Assembly (NCBI RefSeq): GCF_000007225.1
Contig: NC_003364.1
Span: 1,350,001-1,382,000, forward strand
Length of the DNA: 32,000 nucleotides
Source of the DNA: Pyrobaculum aerophilum str. IM2
GTDB lineage: Archaea; Thermoproteota; Thermoprotei; Thermoproteales; Thermoproteaceae
Direction of reading: 5' to 3'
Of this stretch, positions 1 to 7,059 are shown piece by piece. The translations under genes and the position numbers were made by a program. Each line of letters begins with the position of its first letter. Within the stretch, counting starts at the first letter, position 1. The notes beneath the pieces were generated by a model. That model saw only the letters and a list, made by a program, of their open reading frames with translations, was not told where the DNA came from and ran no database searches.

Positions 1-1
1 A

Positions 2-649
2 GAAGTAGTAGAAGAACTGGAAAGGACCTCTTCACGCCTCGCCGAGGCGTATAAGGAGAAGTCGCTAATTGATGAGGTGATAAGAGAAGTGGGCGAGGAT
101 TCCGAAGTCTTGAGGAAAAAGTTGGACAACGCGTTATATGCGTACAGTAAATTACAAGAGATCAAGGCAAAACTTGAATTAGTTAGAATAAGCGCCAGGG
201 CCAGGCTTTTAGAAGTTGCTAAAAGCCGATTTAATGAGATCTTCACCTCCCTGTATAAATACGGCGATATTGTAAGAGTAGATGCAGATTTAGAACAACG
301 CAAAGGCTTTTATGACTTCTACGCCATAACTTCTACTGGCGACAAATACGGCATATCGAAACTAAGCGACGGCCAGAGGCTCTCCATCGCCTTGGCCTTG
401 GCTCTAGCGCTGAGAGACATCGTCGAGATGAACATAGGCTTTATAATCTTCGACGAGCCAATTCCCTACGTAGACGCTAATATAAGAAAGGCCTTCGCTG
501 AGATTGTGAAATCAATTGCCGATAAGCTCCAATTGATAATAGCCACTCAATCTAGAGAGTTCGCGGAGCTAATTAAAACTGCTGTGCCAAACGCCCTGCT
601 GTTGGTAGTAGATAAAAAAGAGCATTCCAGTATCGTTGCCGAGCGTTAA
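2..649 (+). CDS. SMC/Rad50-like ABC-class ATPase, C-terminal portion (5' end lies upstream of the window)
   Basis: Frame 2 is open from base 2, so the listed M at 77 is internal. An E/K/L-rich coiled-coil-like stretch is followed by the ABC signature-like LSDGQRLSIALALALAL and Walker B FIIFDEP. The H-loop position reads IIATQS (Q, not H). No mre11/herA/nurA neighbour is visible. Confidence 0.6.
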   Translation, partial: EVVEELERTSSRLAEAYKEKSLIDEVIREVGEDSEVLRKKLDNALYAYSKLQEIKAKLELVRISARARLLEVAKSRFNEIFTSLYKYGDIVRVDADLEQRKGFYDFYAITSTGDKYGISKLSDGQRLSIALALALALRDIVEMNIGFIIFDEPIPYVDANIRKAFAEIVKSIADKLQLIIATQSREFAELIKTAVPNALLLVVDKKEHSSIVAER

Positions 650-650
650 T

Positions 651-703
651 TCAGCGCTCCAAACCCTCCTCATAAATCAGTGGCCCCACTTATTAGTCAT
701 CAT
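651..703 (-). ncRNA. candidate box C/D sRNA between two convergent stop codons
   Basis: The reverse strand reads AUGAUGA (703-697), 16 nt, CUGA (680-677), UUUA, UGAGGA (672-667), 12 nt, CUGA (654-651), 53 nt in total. The C'-to-D spacing is canonical. The C-to-D' spacing is longer than the usual ~12 nt. Confidence 0.35.
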
Positions 704-719
704 CAGAGTTTAAGCAGGC

Positions 720-1439
720 CTATTTAGCCTTTTGCCACACGTTGTAAAAATATGTTATCGCTATTTCGAGTATAAATCTCTCGTTGGAGTAAACGCCGGA
801 GATCTCACCGCCGTATTTTACAAATATCAATACTGAGTTGCCAATTGCCCCGCCTCCAAACATCTCATTTACCGTTTTAATTTCCACACGTGGCGGCAAG
901 TCGAACTTATTCCTAAGCTGATCAGTCGTTAAGACTTTTATCACAATTCGTTTAGACTCCTCGGCTATTGTCGCAAGTAGGCGATACGTAATTAGCTCTG
1001 GAAATGGCACTGCCAAATACGCCTCGTTGTCAGTAGCGGCGATTATGTCGCTTATTAAATCCGCCACTCGACCTGCCCCCCGAATTAGAGTGAGGAACGT
1101 AGGCGAAGCAACTGGATGCTTGCTTTCATATATTAACTGGAGGCTGTCGAAGATTGGCTTTAGAGATCTCAAGGCATTTGAAACCTTGTTAACCAACAAT
1201 TTATAGACCTCGGCGGGGGGAACGGCTCTGTACTTTAAAGGCCTACTGCCGCCTTGCGGAATCACTAAGCCCATGTCTCTTAGCCTTTCAATATAAGCAT
1301 ATACTTTTGTATAGGGGATGTTTAACGCCTCAGCTAAGTCTCTTGCAGTGGATTCCCCCCTCTCCACTAGCGCTAAGTAAATATCGACTTCTCGAGCGCC
1401 AATTCCAAAGGCCTCAAGCAGTCTCCTGAGCTCTTCCAC
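720..1439 (-). CDS. TrmB-family transcriptional regulator
   Basis: The N-terminal wHTH GAREVDIYLALVERGESTARDLAEALNIPYTKVYAYIERLRDMGLV is followed by KYRAVPPAEVYKLL and a ~130-aa C-terminal effector-type domain, the typical TrmB layout. Confidence 0.75.
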   Translation of the reverse strand: MEELRRLLEAFGIGAREVDIYLALVERGESTARDLAEALNIPYTKVYAYIERLRDMGLVIPQGGSRPLKYRAVPPAEVYKLLVNKVSNALRSLKPIFDSLQLIYESKHPVASPTFLTLIRGAGRVADLISDIIAATDNEAYLAVPFPELITYRLLATIAEESKRIVIKVLTTDQLRNKFDLPPRVEIKTVNEMFGGGAIGNSVLIFVKYGGEISGVYSNERFILEIAITYFYNVWQKAK

Positions 1440-1455
1440 ACGTCTGCCTTAAGCG

Positions 1456-1503
1456 CAATTTTTAACTTTTTTCTCAGAATTTAGTTAAAAAGTTTAAAAA
1501 TTG
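1456..1503. promoter_or_regulatory. divergent promoter with inverted TATA elements (trmB-like / radical SAM gene)
   Basis: caatttttaac (1456-1466) and gtttaaaaattg (1492-1503) are near-perfect inverted copies. Each is centred ~22-23 nt upstream of its start codon (1439 on the minus strand, 1520 on the plus strand). Confidence 0.5.
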
Positions 1504-1519
1504 ATGTGACAACGGGTGC

Positions 1520-3262
1520 ATGAGCAAGCAAGTGGTAGAGCAAGTTATTGCCCGTGAGGAAAAGCCGCACTTGCTCGTCGATATATCGAGATTTAATTTG
1601 CCGGAGAGATATAAGTCAACGTTGTTAAATGAAAAGTGGCAGTCCACCCTTAAGAGGCAATTCGCCTTGCCCCAACACACGAGAGTGGTGAAAGCCACTC
1701 TATCCCTGTGTCCAGTGTGTAACGCGAGAATACCTGCTGTGGTGTACGAAGAGGGAGGGGCTATTTGGCTGAAAAAGAGGTGTCCAGAGCATGGGGTGTT
1801 TGAAGATCTCTATTGGGGAGACGCCGAGATGTATTACTTCTTCCTCCAGTGGGATAGGCCTGAGTACATCGCAAAGGGCCTTGCCAACCCGTATACAGAC
1901 TTGGAGTTTTACAAAGACATGGGCTCGTGTCCCGAGGGCTGCGGCCTATGCCCGGTTCACAAATCTAACACTGTGCTGGCCATTATAGATGTGACTAATA
2001 GGTGTAACATGGCGTGTCCCGTGTGTTTTGCCAACGCCGGCGCGGCGGGGTATGTCTATGAGCCGACGCTGGAGCAGATAGAATACATGCTCAGGACTTT
2101 AAGGGCGCAGAAGCCCTGGCCGCCAAACGCCATTCAAATATCAGGCGGCGAGCCTACTTTGAGAGACGACTTGCCGGAAATTGTGAGAATGGCTAAGAGG
2201 CTGGGCTTTACCCACGTTGAAGTTAACACAAACGGCATTAGGCTGGCCAACGACATTGAGTACTACAAAGCGCTACTTGACGCCGGCATATCTACGCTTT
2301 ATTTACAGTTCGATACGATAGACGAGAAGAATGAGGGAGTGTGGAGGCATAGGCTGTACCACCCCAAGGCGTATAGGATAATAAAAGAAAAGGTGATTGA
2401 AAACGCGCGGAAGCTGGGTCACCGCTCTATTGTGCTGGTGGTCACTCTCGCCCGGAATTATAACGACAAGGACTTGGGCACGATTATAGACTTCGCTATT
2501 CGTAATAGAGACGTGGTAAGATGGGTCAATATACAGCCGGTGAGCTTCTCAGGCAGGGCCAGGCTTTATTCAAAGGAAGAGTTGAGAAAATACCGCATTA
2601 CAATTCCCGACACAATAATTGAAATAGAGAAGCAGACAGGAGGGGTGATAAGTAGATGGGACTGGCGGCCTACTAACTGGCCCGTAGCCGTGGCGAAAAT
2701 GGTAGAGGCTCTAACGGATTCGCCAAAGCCGCTGTTCTCAATGAACCCCATGTGCGGCGCCGCGACGTTTATTTACTACGACGAAGATGAGAAACGCATA
2801 TACCCAATCACAAAACTAGTAGATGTAGACGCATTTGAAAAAGGCGCTTGGGATGTCTACTACACGGCTATAAAAGGAGGCATATACAAACAGACGGCAA
2901 AGGTAAAGGCCCTCAAGTTGTTAAAGGCAGTAAAGCATAAGAGGGTGAAAGACCTCATCTACGACTTCCTTGTCAAGAAAGACTACGAGTCGCTAGGCCG
3001 CTTCTTCTTTAACGTGGTCGGCATAGGGATAATGCACTTCATGGACACTATGAACTACGACGTAGAGAGAGTACAACGTTGCGACATCCACTACGCCACG
3101 CCAGACGGCCGCGTGTTCCCGTTCTGCACGTACAACGTAGTGGGCCACCGGGAGAAGGTGGAGAACTCGTTTAAAGTCGACCCAAAAGTCTGGGTAAAAG
3201 TAACCGGCCTATCCCTAACTGGCTGGAGCAAACAGAAATTCGCCGAGCTGAACAAGTCTTAA
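1520..3262 (+). CDS. tes: radical SAM enzyme, probable tetraether lipid synthase (Tes / GDGT-MAS, COG1964-type)
   Basis: Radical SAM CxxxCxxC motif in VTNRCNMACPVCFANAG. N-terminal zinc/rubredoxin-like CPVCNARIP...CPEHG and an extra CPEGCGLCPVH cluster. The 580-aa length and N-terminal pattern match what I recall of the MJ0619/Tes family. The radical SAM call is firm; the Tes assignment comes from memory of the family. Confidence 0.6.
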   Translation: MSKQVVEQVIAREEKPHLLVDISRFNLPERYKSTLLNEKWQSTLKRQFALPQHTRVVKATLSLCPVCNARIPAVVYEEGGAIWLKKRCPEHGVFEDLYWGDAEMYYFFLQWDRPEYIAKGLANPYTDLEFYKDMGSCPEGCGLCPVHKSNTVLAIIDVTNRCNMACPVCFANAGAAGYVYEPTLEQIEYMLRTLRAQKPWPPNAIQISGGEPTLRDDLPEIVRMAKRLGFTHVEVNTNGIRLANDIEYYKALLDAGISTLYLQFDTIDEKNEGVWRHRLYHPKAYRIIKEKVIENARKLGHRSIVLVVTLARNYNDKDLGTIIDFAIRNRDVVRWVNIQPVSFSGRARLYSKEELRKYRITIPDTIIEIEKQTGGVISRWDWRPTNWPVAVAKMVEALTDSPKPLFSMNPMCGAATFIYYDEDEKRIYPITKLVDVDAFEKGAWDVYYTAIKGGIYKQTAKVKALKLLKAVKHKRVKDLIYDFLVKKDYESLGRFFFNVVGIGIMHFMDTMNYDVERVQRCDIHYATPDGRVFPFCTYNVVGHREKVENSFKVDPKVWVKVTGLSLTGWSKQKFAELNKS

Positions 3263-3278
3263 AACCCGCGTTTTTCTC
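3263..3278. terminator. short bidirectional T-rich terminator region
   Basis: The 16-nt gap between convergent stops has cgtttttctc on the + strand and GGGUUUU on the - strand. Archaeal termination typically uses oligo-T. Confidence 0.25.
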
Positions 3279-5111
3279 TTACGCAAGTAATTTCCTCCCC
3301 AGCACAGCACCTATTCCCAGTATCGAAATTATTGCGGCTATTGATAATAGCGAAATATTATTGCGGCGAGGGGCCTCTTCGGCGAGTTTTATCGCCGGCA
3401 GTGTTATATTTTTCATGGCAATTGGCAACTCTACGACATACTGCAGTTCTACTCTTGATATGTTTACCACGGCGTAGTACTTATTGAGTAAATCAATACG
3501 GGCCTCAGTCTCTTTTCTCCGTGCCTCAATCATTTGCGTGTAGTTTTCGGCCACAGAGCGCACGAGGCCTATTTTGGGCAACGTCTTTAGCTGGTCAAGT
3601 CTGTAGCGTTCAAGCTCTTCCGCCGATTTTAGGAGTTGCTCCCCTACGCCGTCTAAAATCTTAGTGGCGTTGTATATGGGGTTGATTAGTTTAAGCACAT
3701 ACCCGCCCGTGTTATAGAGATTTTGCGAAACGGCGAGTAAGTTTTTAGATGCGTTGAGGATAACGGCGGGCATTTCGCCTCTTAAAACAGTGGCATTCCC
3801 CCTGGCATAGCTGGCCGTTTTGTTTAATAAAGGAGCCAGCTCGTCGAAGCTGTTTTTAAGAGATTTTAGAGTTGAAACCGTGGAGTCAATAATGGAAATT
3901 GTGGAATCAACAGTTGATATGAGAGTGTCCACTGTGTCCCGCAAGGCGTATAATTGAGCTGAGACGGAGTCCAGTAGGCCTAGGGAGGTTTTAACAACGT
4001 CTTGGGCCAGGGAGCTGTTTAGGGCTATGTTGGAGAGCCGCCTCTTCGCCGCCTCTACCTCCGCTATTATTCTGCTGAGGGAGTCCCGGGCTTTTAACAA
4101 ATTGCCCCTAATGGAGTACAACTGCGCCCTTGTGTTCTCAAGGCTTCTAACAGCGTCTGCCGACGCTTTGCTGTAAGATGTCAGCGCCGCTGATTGGACC
4201 TCTAATAAATTAGCCGCAGTTATAAGAGCTACATACTGGTAGTCAACAAGAAGCCGGCTTTGGTTAAGCGTAATCGCCACGCCCCGGGCGGCGTCTCCCA
4301 ATGCCATTATCTGCCTCCTCAAGGCCTCAAGCGCGTAAACAGAGGCGTTGAGAGCAACAGCGCCTTGGCGCAACGCCGTGCCTGTTATGTTTAGAAGCTG
4401 AACTAGTCTCGTGAGGTTTTGCAACTGGCTGTACGCCACATCTGAGAAAACGGCGGCGGCCGTCGCGAGGCCTTTTATTTGATTTTCCACCGAATTGATA
4501 TTTTCCACTTCTCTGCGCAATATAACAAGAGTGTCGTTAATATCAAGCGCCGTGGACGCCACAACAGCCGGCATTCTCACGGCGCCGAAGCTCCCGAACT
4601 GTCTAATCTTAAAGGCTAAATAGAACTCGGTGTAGTTGTTAACCACAACGCTCCAGTAGTAAACAGTTGAGCCGGAGATTTGGGAAATAGAAGTTGGTTG
4701 CTCCTCATATAAAACCGCTATTTTATCGTCAGCAGTTACTGTGATAATCACGGGAATTGATATGGGAAGTAATGCGTACATTTTCAGCCTTACGACAATA
4801 AGAGTGTTCTCATCGGCTTGGAGTACGCCATTGGAGTATGACCCGTTGACGTACTCCACTACTGGGTCTACCCTTAAAAACGGCGGATATACGTTTTTCA
4901 CGTCCCGTTCTATTATAACAGCTGAATATGGGGGAAGGACTAAGCCAGACTTATTAACTGCCAGCGGCGAGTTGTTTACAACAACCCCTCTAATCTTTGC
5001 CGCGACGTCTATAGTGCCGTCTGGCTTGATGGAATAAGTCAGAACAAGGGACTCAGCAGCAGAGGCGATATACGCCAATAATAACAAGAGCACAGCCAAG
5101 CCCAGCCTCAT
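3279..5111 (-). CDS. secreted, C-terminally membrane-anchored helical glycoprotein (unknown family), third gene of the ABC operon
   Basis: Signal peptide MRLGLAVLLLLLAYIASA, about 350 aa of A/L/S/N/T-rich helix-forming sequence, and a C-terminal TM with basic tail (LLSIAAIISILGIGAVLGRKLLA). I count ~19 N-x-S/T sequons. Its start overlaps the ATPase stop by 4 nt. Confidence 0.7.
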   Translation of the reverse strand: MRLGLAVLLLLLAYIASAAESLVLTYSIKPDGTIDVAAKIRGVVVNNSPLAVNKSGLVLPPYSAVIIERDVKNVYPPFLRVDPVVEYVNGSYSNGVLQADENTLIVVRLKMYALLPISIPVIITVTADDKIAVLYEEQPTSISQISGSTVYYWSVVVNNYTEFYLAFKIRQFGSFGAVRMPAVVASTALDINDTLVILRREVENINSVENQIKGLATAAAVFSDVAYSQLQNLTRLVQLLNITGTALRQGAVALNASVYALEALRRQIMALGDAARGVAITLNQSRLLVDYQYVALITAANLLEVQSAALTSYSKASADAVRSLENTRAQLYSIRGNLLKARDSLSRIIAEVEAAKRRLSNIALNSSLAQDVVKTSLGLLDSVSAQLYALRDTVDTLISTVDSTISIIDSTVSTLKSLKNSFDELAPLLNKTASYARGNATVLRGEMPAVILNASKNLLAVSQNLYNTGGYVLKLINPIYNATKILDGVGEQLLKSAEELERYRLDQLKTLPKIGLVRSVAENYTQMIEARRKETEARIDLLNKYYAVVNISRVELQYVVELPIAMKNITLPAIKLAEEAPRRNNISLLSIAAIISILGIGAVLGRKLLA

Positions 5112-5872
5112 AGCCCCAATAATTCATCTATGCGCTTAAGCTTTTCATACGCCGACAAAGCGCGGTCAATATCTATTTTGAGCTCCCTTCTGGGCGGCTC
5201 AATTGCCTCGTAAACACGGCCGCCTCGCATATAGATCACTCGCGTGGCAATACGCGCGACATCGGGATCGTGTGTGGCGACAAATACCGTGGTTTTCATG
5301 AGCTTATTAGTCACGGCTATGAGGCCCAGCACAACTGCCGCGTTCTCCAGGTCGATGTTAGATGTCGGCTCATCTAGTATGAGTATCGGCGGGTTTGTGG
5401 CGAGGGCCCTCGCTATTGCCACTCGTTGTTGCATACCCCCGGACATTTGATGCGGATAGAGCGTGGCCGCCTTCTCAAGGCCGACGTATTCCAACAGCGC
5501 CCTAGCCCGGAGCAGGGCGAGTTCTTTCTTTACGCCAAGGGCCATAAGAGGCAGTGCCACGTTTTGTTCTGCGGTTAAATAAGGCACTAGGTTAAAACTC
5601 TGAAAGAGATAGCCAATATTCCTAAGCCTAAAACGCTCCAGCCTGCCCTCCGGGAGCTTTCCCACGTCTGTACCCATGATATATACCTCGCCGCTAGTGG
5701 GTCTGTCGAGCGTCGCTATGATGTTTAACATTGTCGTTTTACCAGAGCCTGAGGGGCCCATTAGTACAATTACTTCGCCCGCCTCAACTGATAAAGTCAC
5801 GTCGTCTAAGGCGACAATCTTCACCGCGCCGTTGCCGTATATTTTAGTAACTCTGCGTAACTCTACCGCCAT
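5108..5872 (-). CDS. ABC transporter ATP-binding protein (MacB/LolD/FtsE-like)
   Basis: Walker A GPSGSGKTT, signature MSGGMQQRVAIARAL, Walker B ILILDEPTS, H-loop VFVATHD. Confidence 0.9.
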   Translation of the reverse strand: MAVELRRVTKIYGNGAVKIVALDDVTLSVEAGEVIVLMGPSGSGKTTMLNIIATLDRPTSGEVYIMGTDVGKLPEGRLERFRLRNIGYLFQSFNLVPYLTAEQNVALPLMALGVKKELALLRARALLEYVGLEKAATLYPHQMSGGMQQRVAIARALATNPPILILDEPTSNIDLENAAVVLGLIAVTNKLMKTTVFVATHDPDVARIATRVIYMRGGRVYEAIEPPRRELKIDIDRALSAYEKLKRIDELLGL

Positions 5873-7002
5873 GACTGTACAATTTCAAGCGGCCTCAGCT
5901 GTGCGATTTTACGTATTGGGGAGAGGGCGCCTATTACTGCCACTCCCAGCGACGTGGCAAATCCCGTAACTGCGTATGTATACCTAAAAGTAATTGCCAC
6001 GTCGAAGTTAACCCCCATGTTAATAAGTAACTGTTTAACGACGTTTGCGCCGTAAAAGCCTATCGCTACGCCGCCAATTCCCGCTAGGAGAGCGATTATG
6101 ACAACCTCGGCGAGTACGGACAGAACAATGTCGCGAGACGGTATCCCCATCGCCTTGAGAAGGCCGAACTCTCTAAGCCTCTCTCTCACTGTTATGGACA
6201 TCACGGCGAAAGTAGTAATAGCCGCAGTGGCCAGCGCGGCACTGCTAATTACTGAAAAAACCACATTTAACGCGTTAAACACTTTTGTCACAGTCTCCAG
6301 CAAGCTCTCCTGCGTATATACCTGCGCATCTGTATACGTCTCCTTAAGTGAAGTGTACAACGCCTTTACCTCAGCCTTGTTCTTCGCCGTGATGAGCACT
6401 GTGTTTACAAAAGGCCCTGTGTTTAAACTCCGCTGGAGCCAGTCAAGAGGCACAACCACTAAATTAAGCCTAAAAGCGCCGACAAAGCCCTTGAGAAAAC
6501 TCCGCATAACTCCCACAACTCTCACTTGAATAGTCCTCTCGCCGCCAATAGTGCCCGAGTAGATTTTGATAATAGCGACATCGCTTGGTTTTAACCCCAG
6601 CGATTCCTCCACTACTGCCTCGCCGTCTGCCGACGGCAAGCGCCCTTCAATTAAATCTATGGCAAAATAATCGACGTCTCTAAGCGGAATGCCGACTATA
6701 GACACCACTTTGCCGTTGAATACGCCCGTCGTAATAATTATGCCCTCGGCCGACGCCACCGCGGGGCTTTTCCTAAGAACGTCAAGCAAATAGAGAGGTA
6801 TGTTAATAGAGTCAGAATACATCATAATATCAGCTGGGTACACCCTAAGCAAAGTCTGTTCTACATAGCTCCTCGTCGCGTCGCTAACAGCCATTAACGC
6901 CACGAGCAAGGCAACTCCGACGCCTATGGCAAGCGCTGTCAGCGCGTATCGCATAATCCTGGCTTTGAAGTCGCCCAAGGCAATAAGCAAGACGTGTTGC
7001 AC
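5863..7002 (-). CDS. FtsX/MacB-type ABC permease with a large extracytoplasmic domain
   Basis: TM1 (ALTALAIGVGVALLVALMAV) is followed by a ~200-aa ectodomain, then the FtsX-type 3-TM bundle with RERLREFGLLKAMGIPSRDIV. GTG start at 7002; the stop overlaps the ATPase start by 10 nt. Confidence 0.85.
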   Translation of the reverse strand: MQHVLLIALGDFKARIMRYALTALAIGVGVALLVALMAVSDATRSYVEQTLLRVYPADIMMYSDSINIPLYLLDVLRKSPAVASAEGIIITTGVFNGKVVSIVGIPLRDVDYFAIDLIEGRLPSADGEAVVEESLGLKPSDVAIIKIYSGTIGGERTIQVRVVGVMRSFLKGFVGAFRLNLVVVPLDWLQRSLNTGPFVNTVLITAKNKAEVKALYTSLKETYTDAQVYTQESLLETVTKVFNALNVVFSVISSAALATAAITTFAVMSITVRERLREFGLLKAMGIPSRDIVLSVLAEVVIIALLAGIGGVAIGFYGANVVKQLLINMGVNFDVAITFRYTYAVTGFATSLGVAVIGALSPIRKIAQLRPLEIVQSWR

Positions 7003-7017
7003 ATCTCAACGCCCACG

Positions 7018-7041
7018 TTTAATATTAAAAGCTTTTATAAC
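7018..7041. promoter_or_regulatory. back-to-back TATA boxes of a 57-nt divergent promoter
   Basis: tttaatattaaaa (7018-7030) is centred ~23 nt from the minus-strand GTG at 7002. cttttataac (7032-7041) is centred ~23 nt from the plus-strand GTG at 7060. There is a near-palindrome around AAGCTT. Confidence 0.5.
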
Positions 7042-7059
7042 AACCGGCGACTTCGCCAC

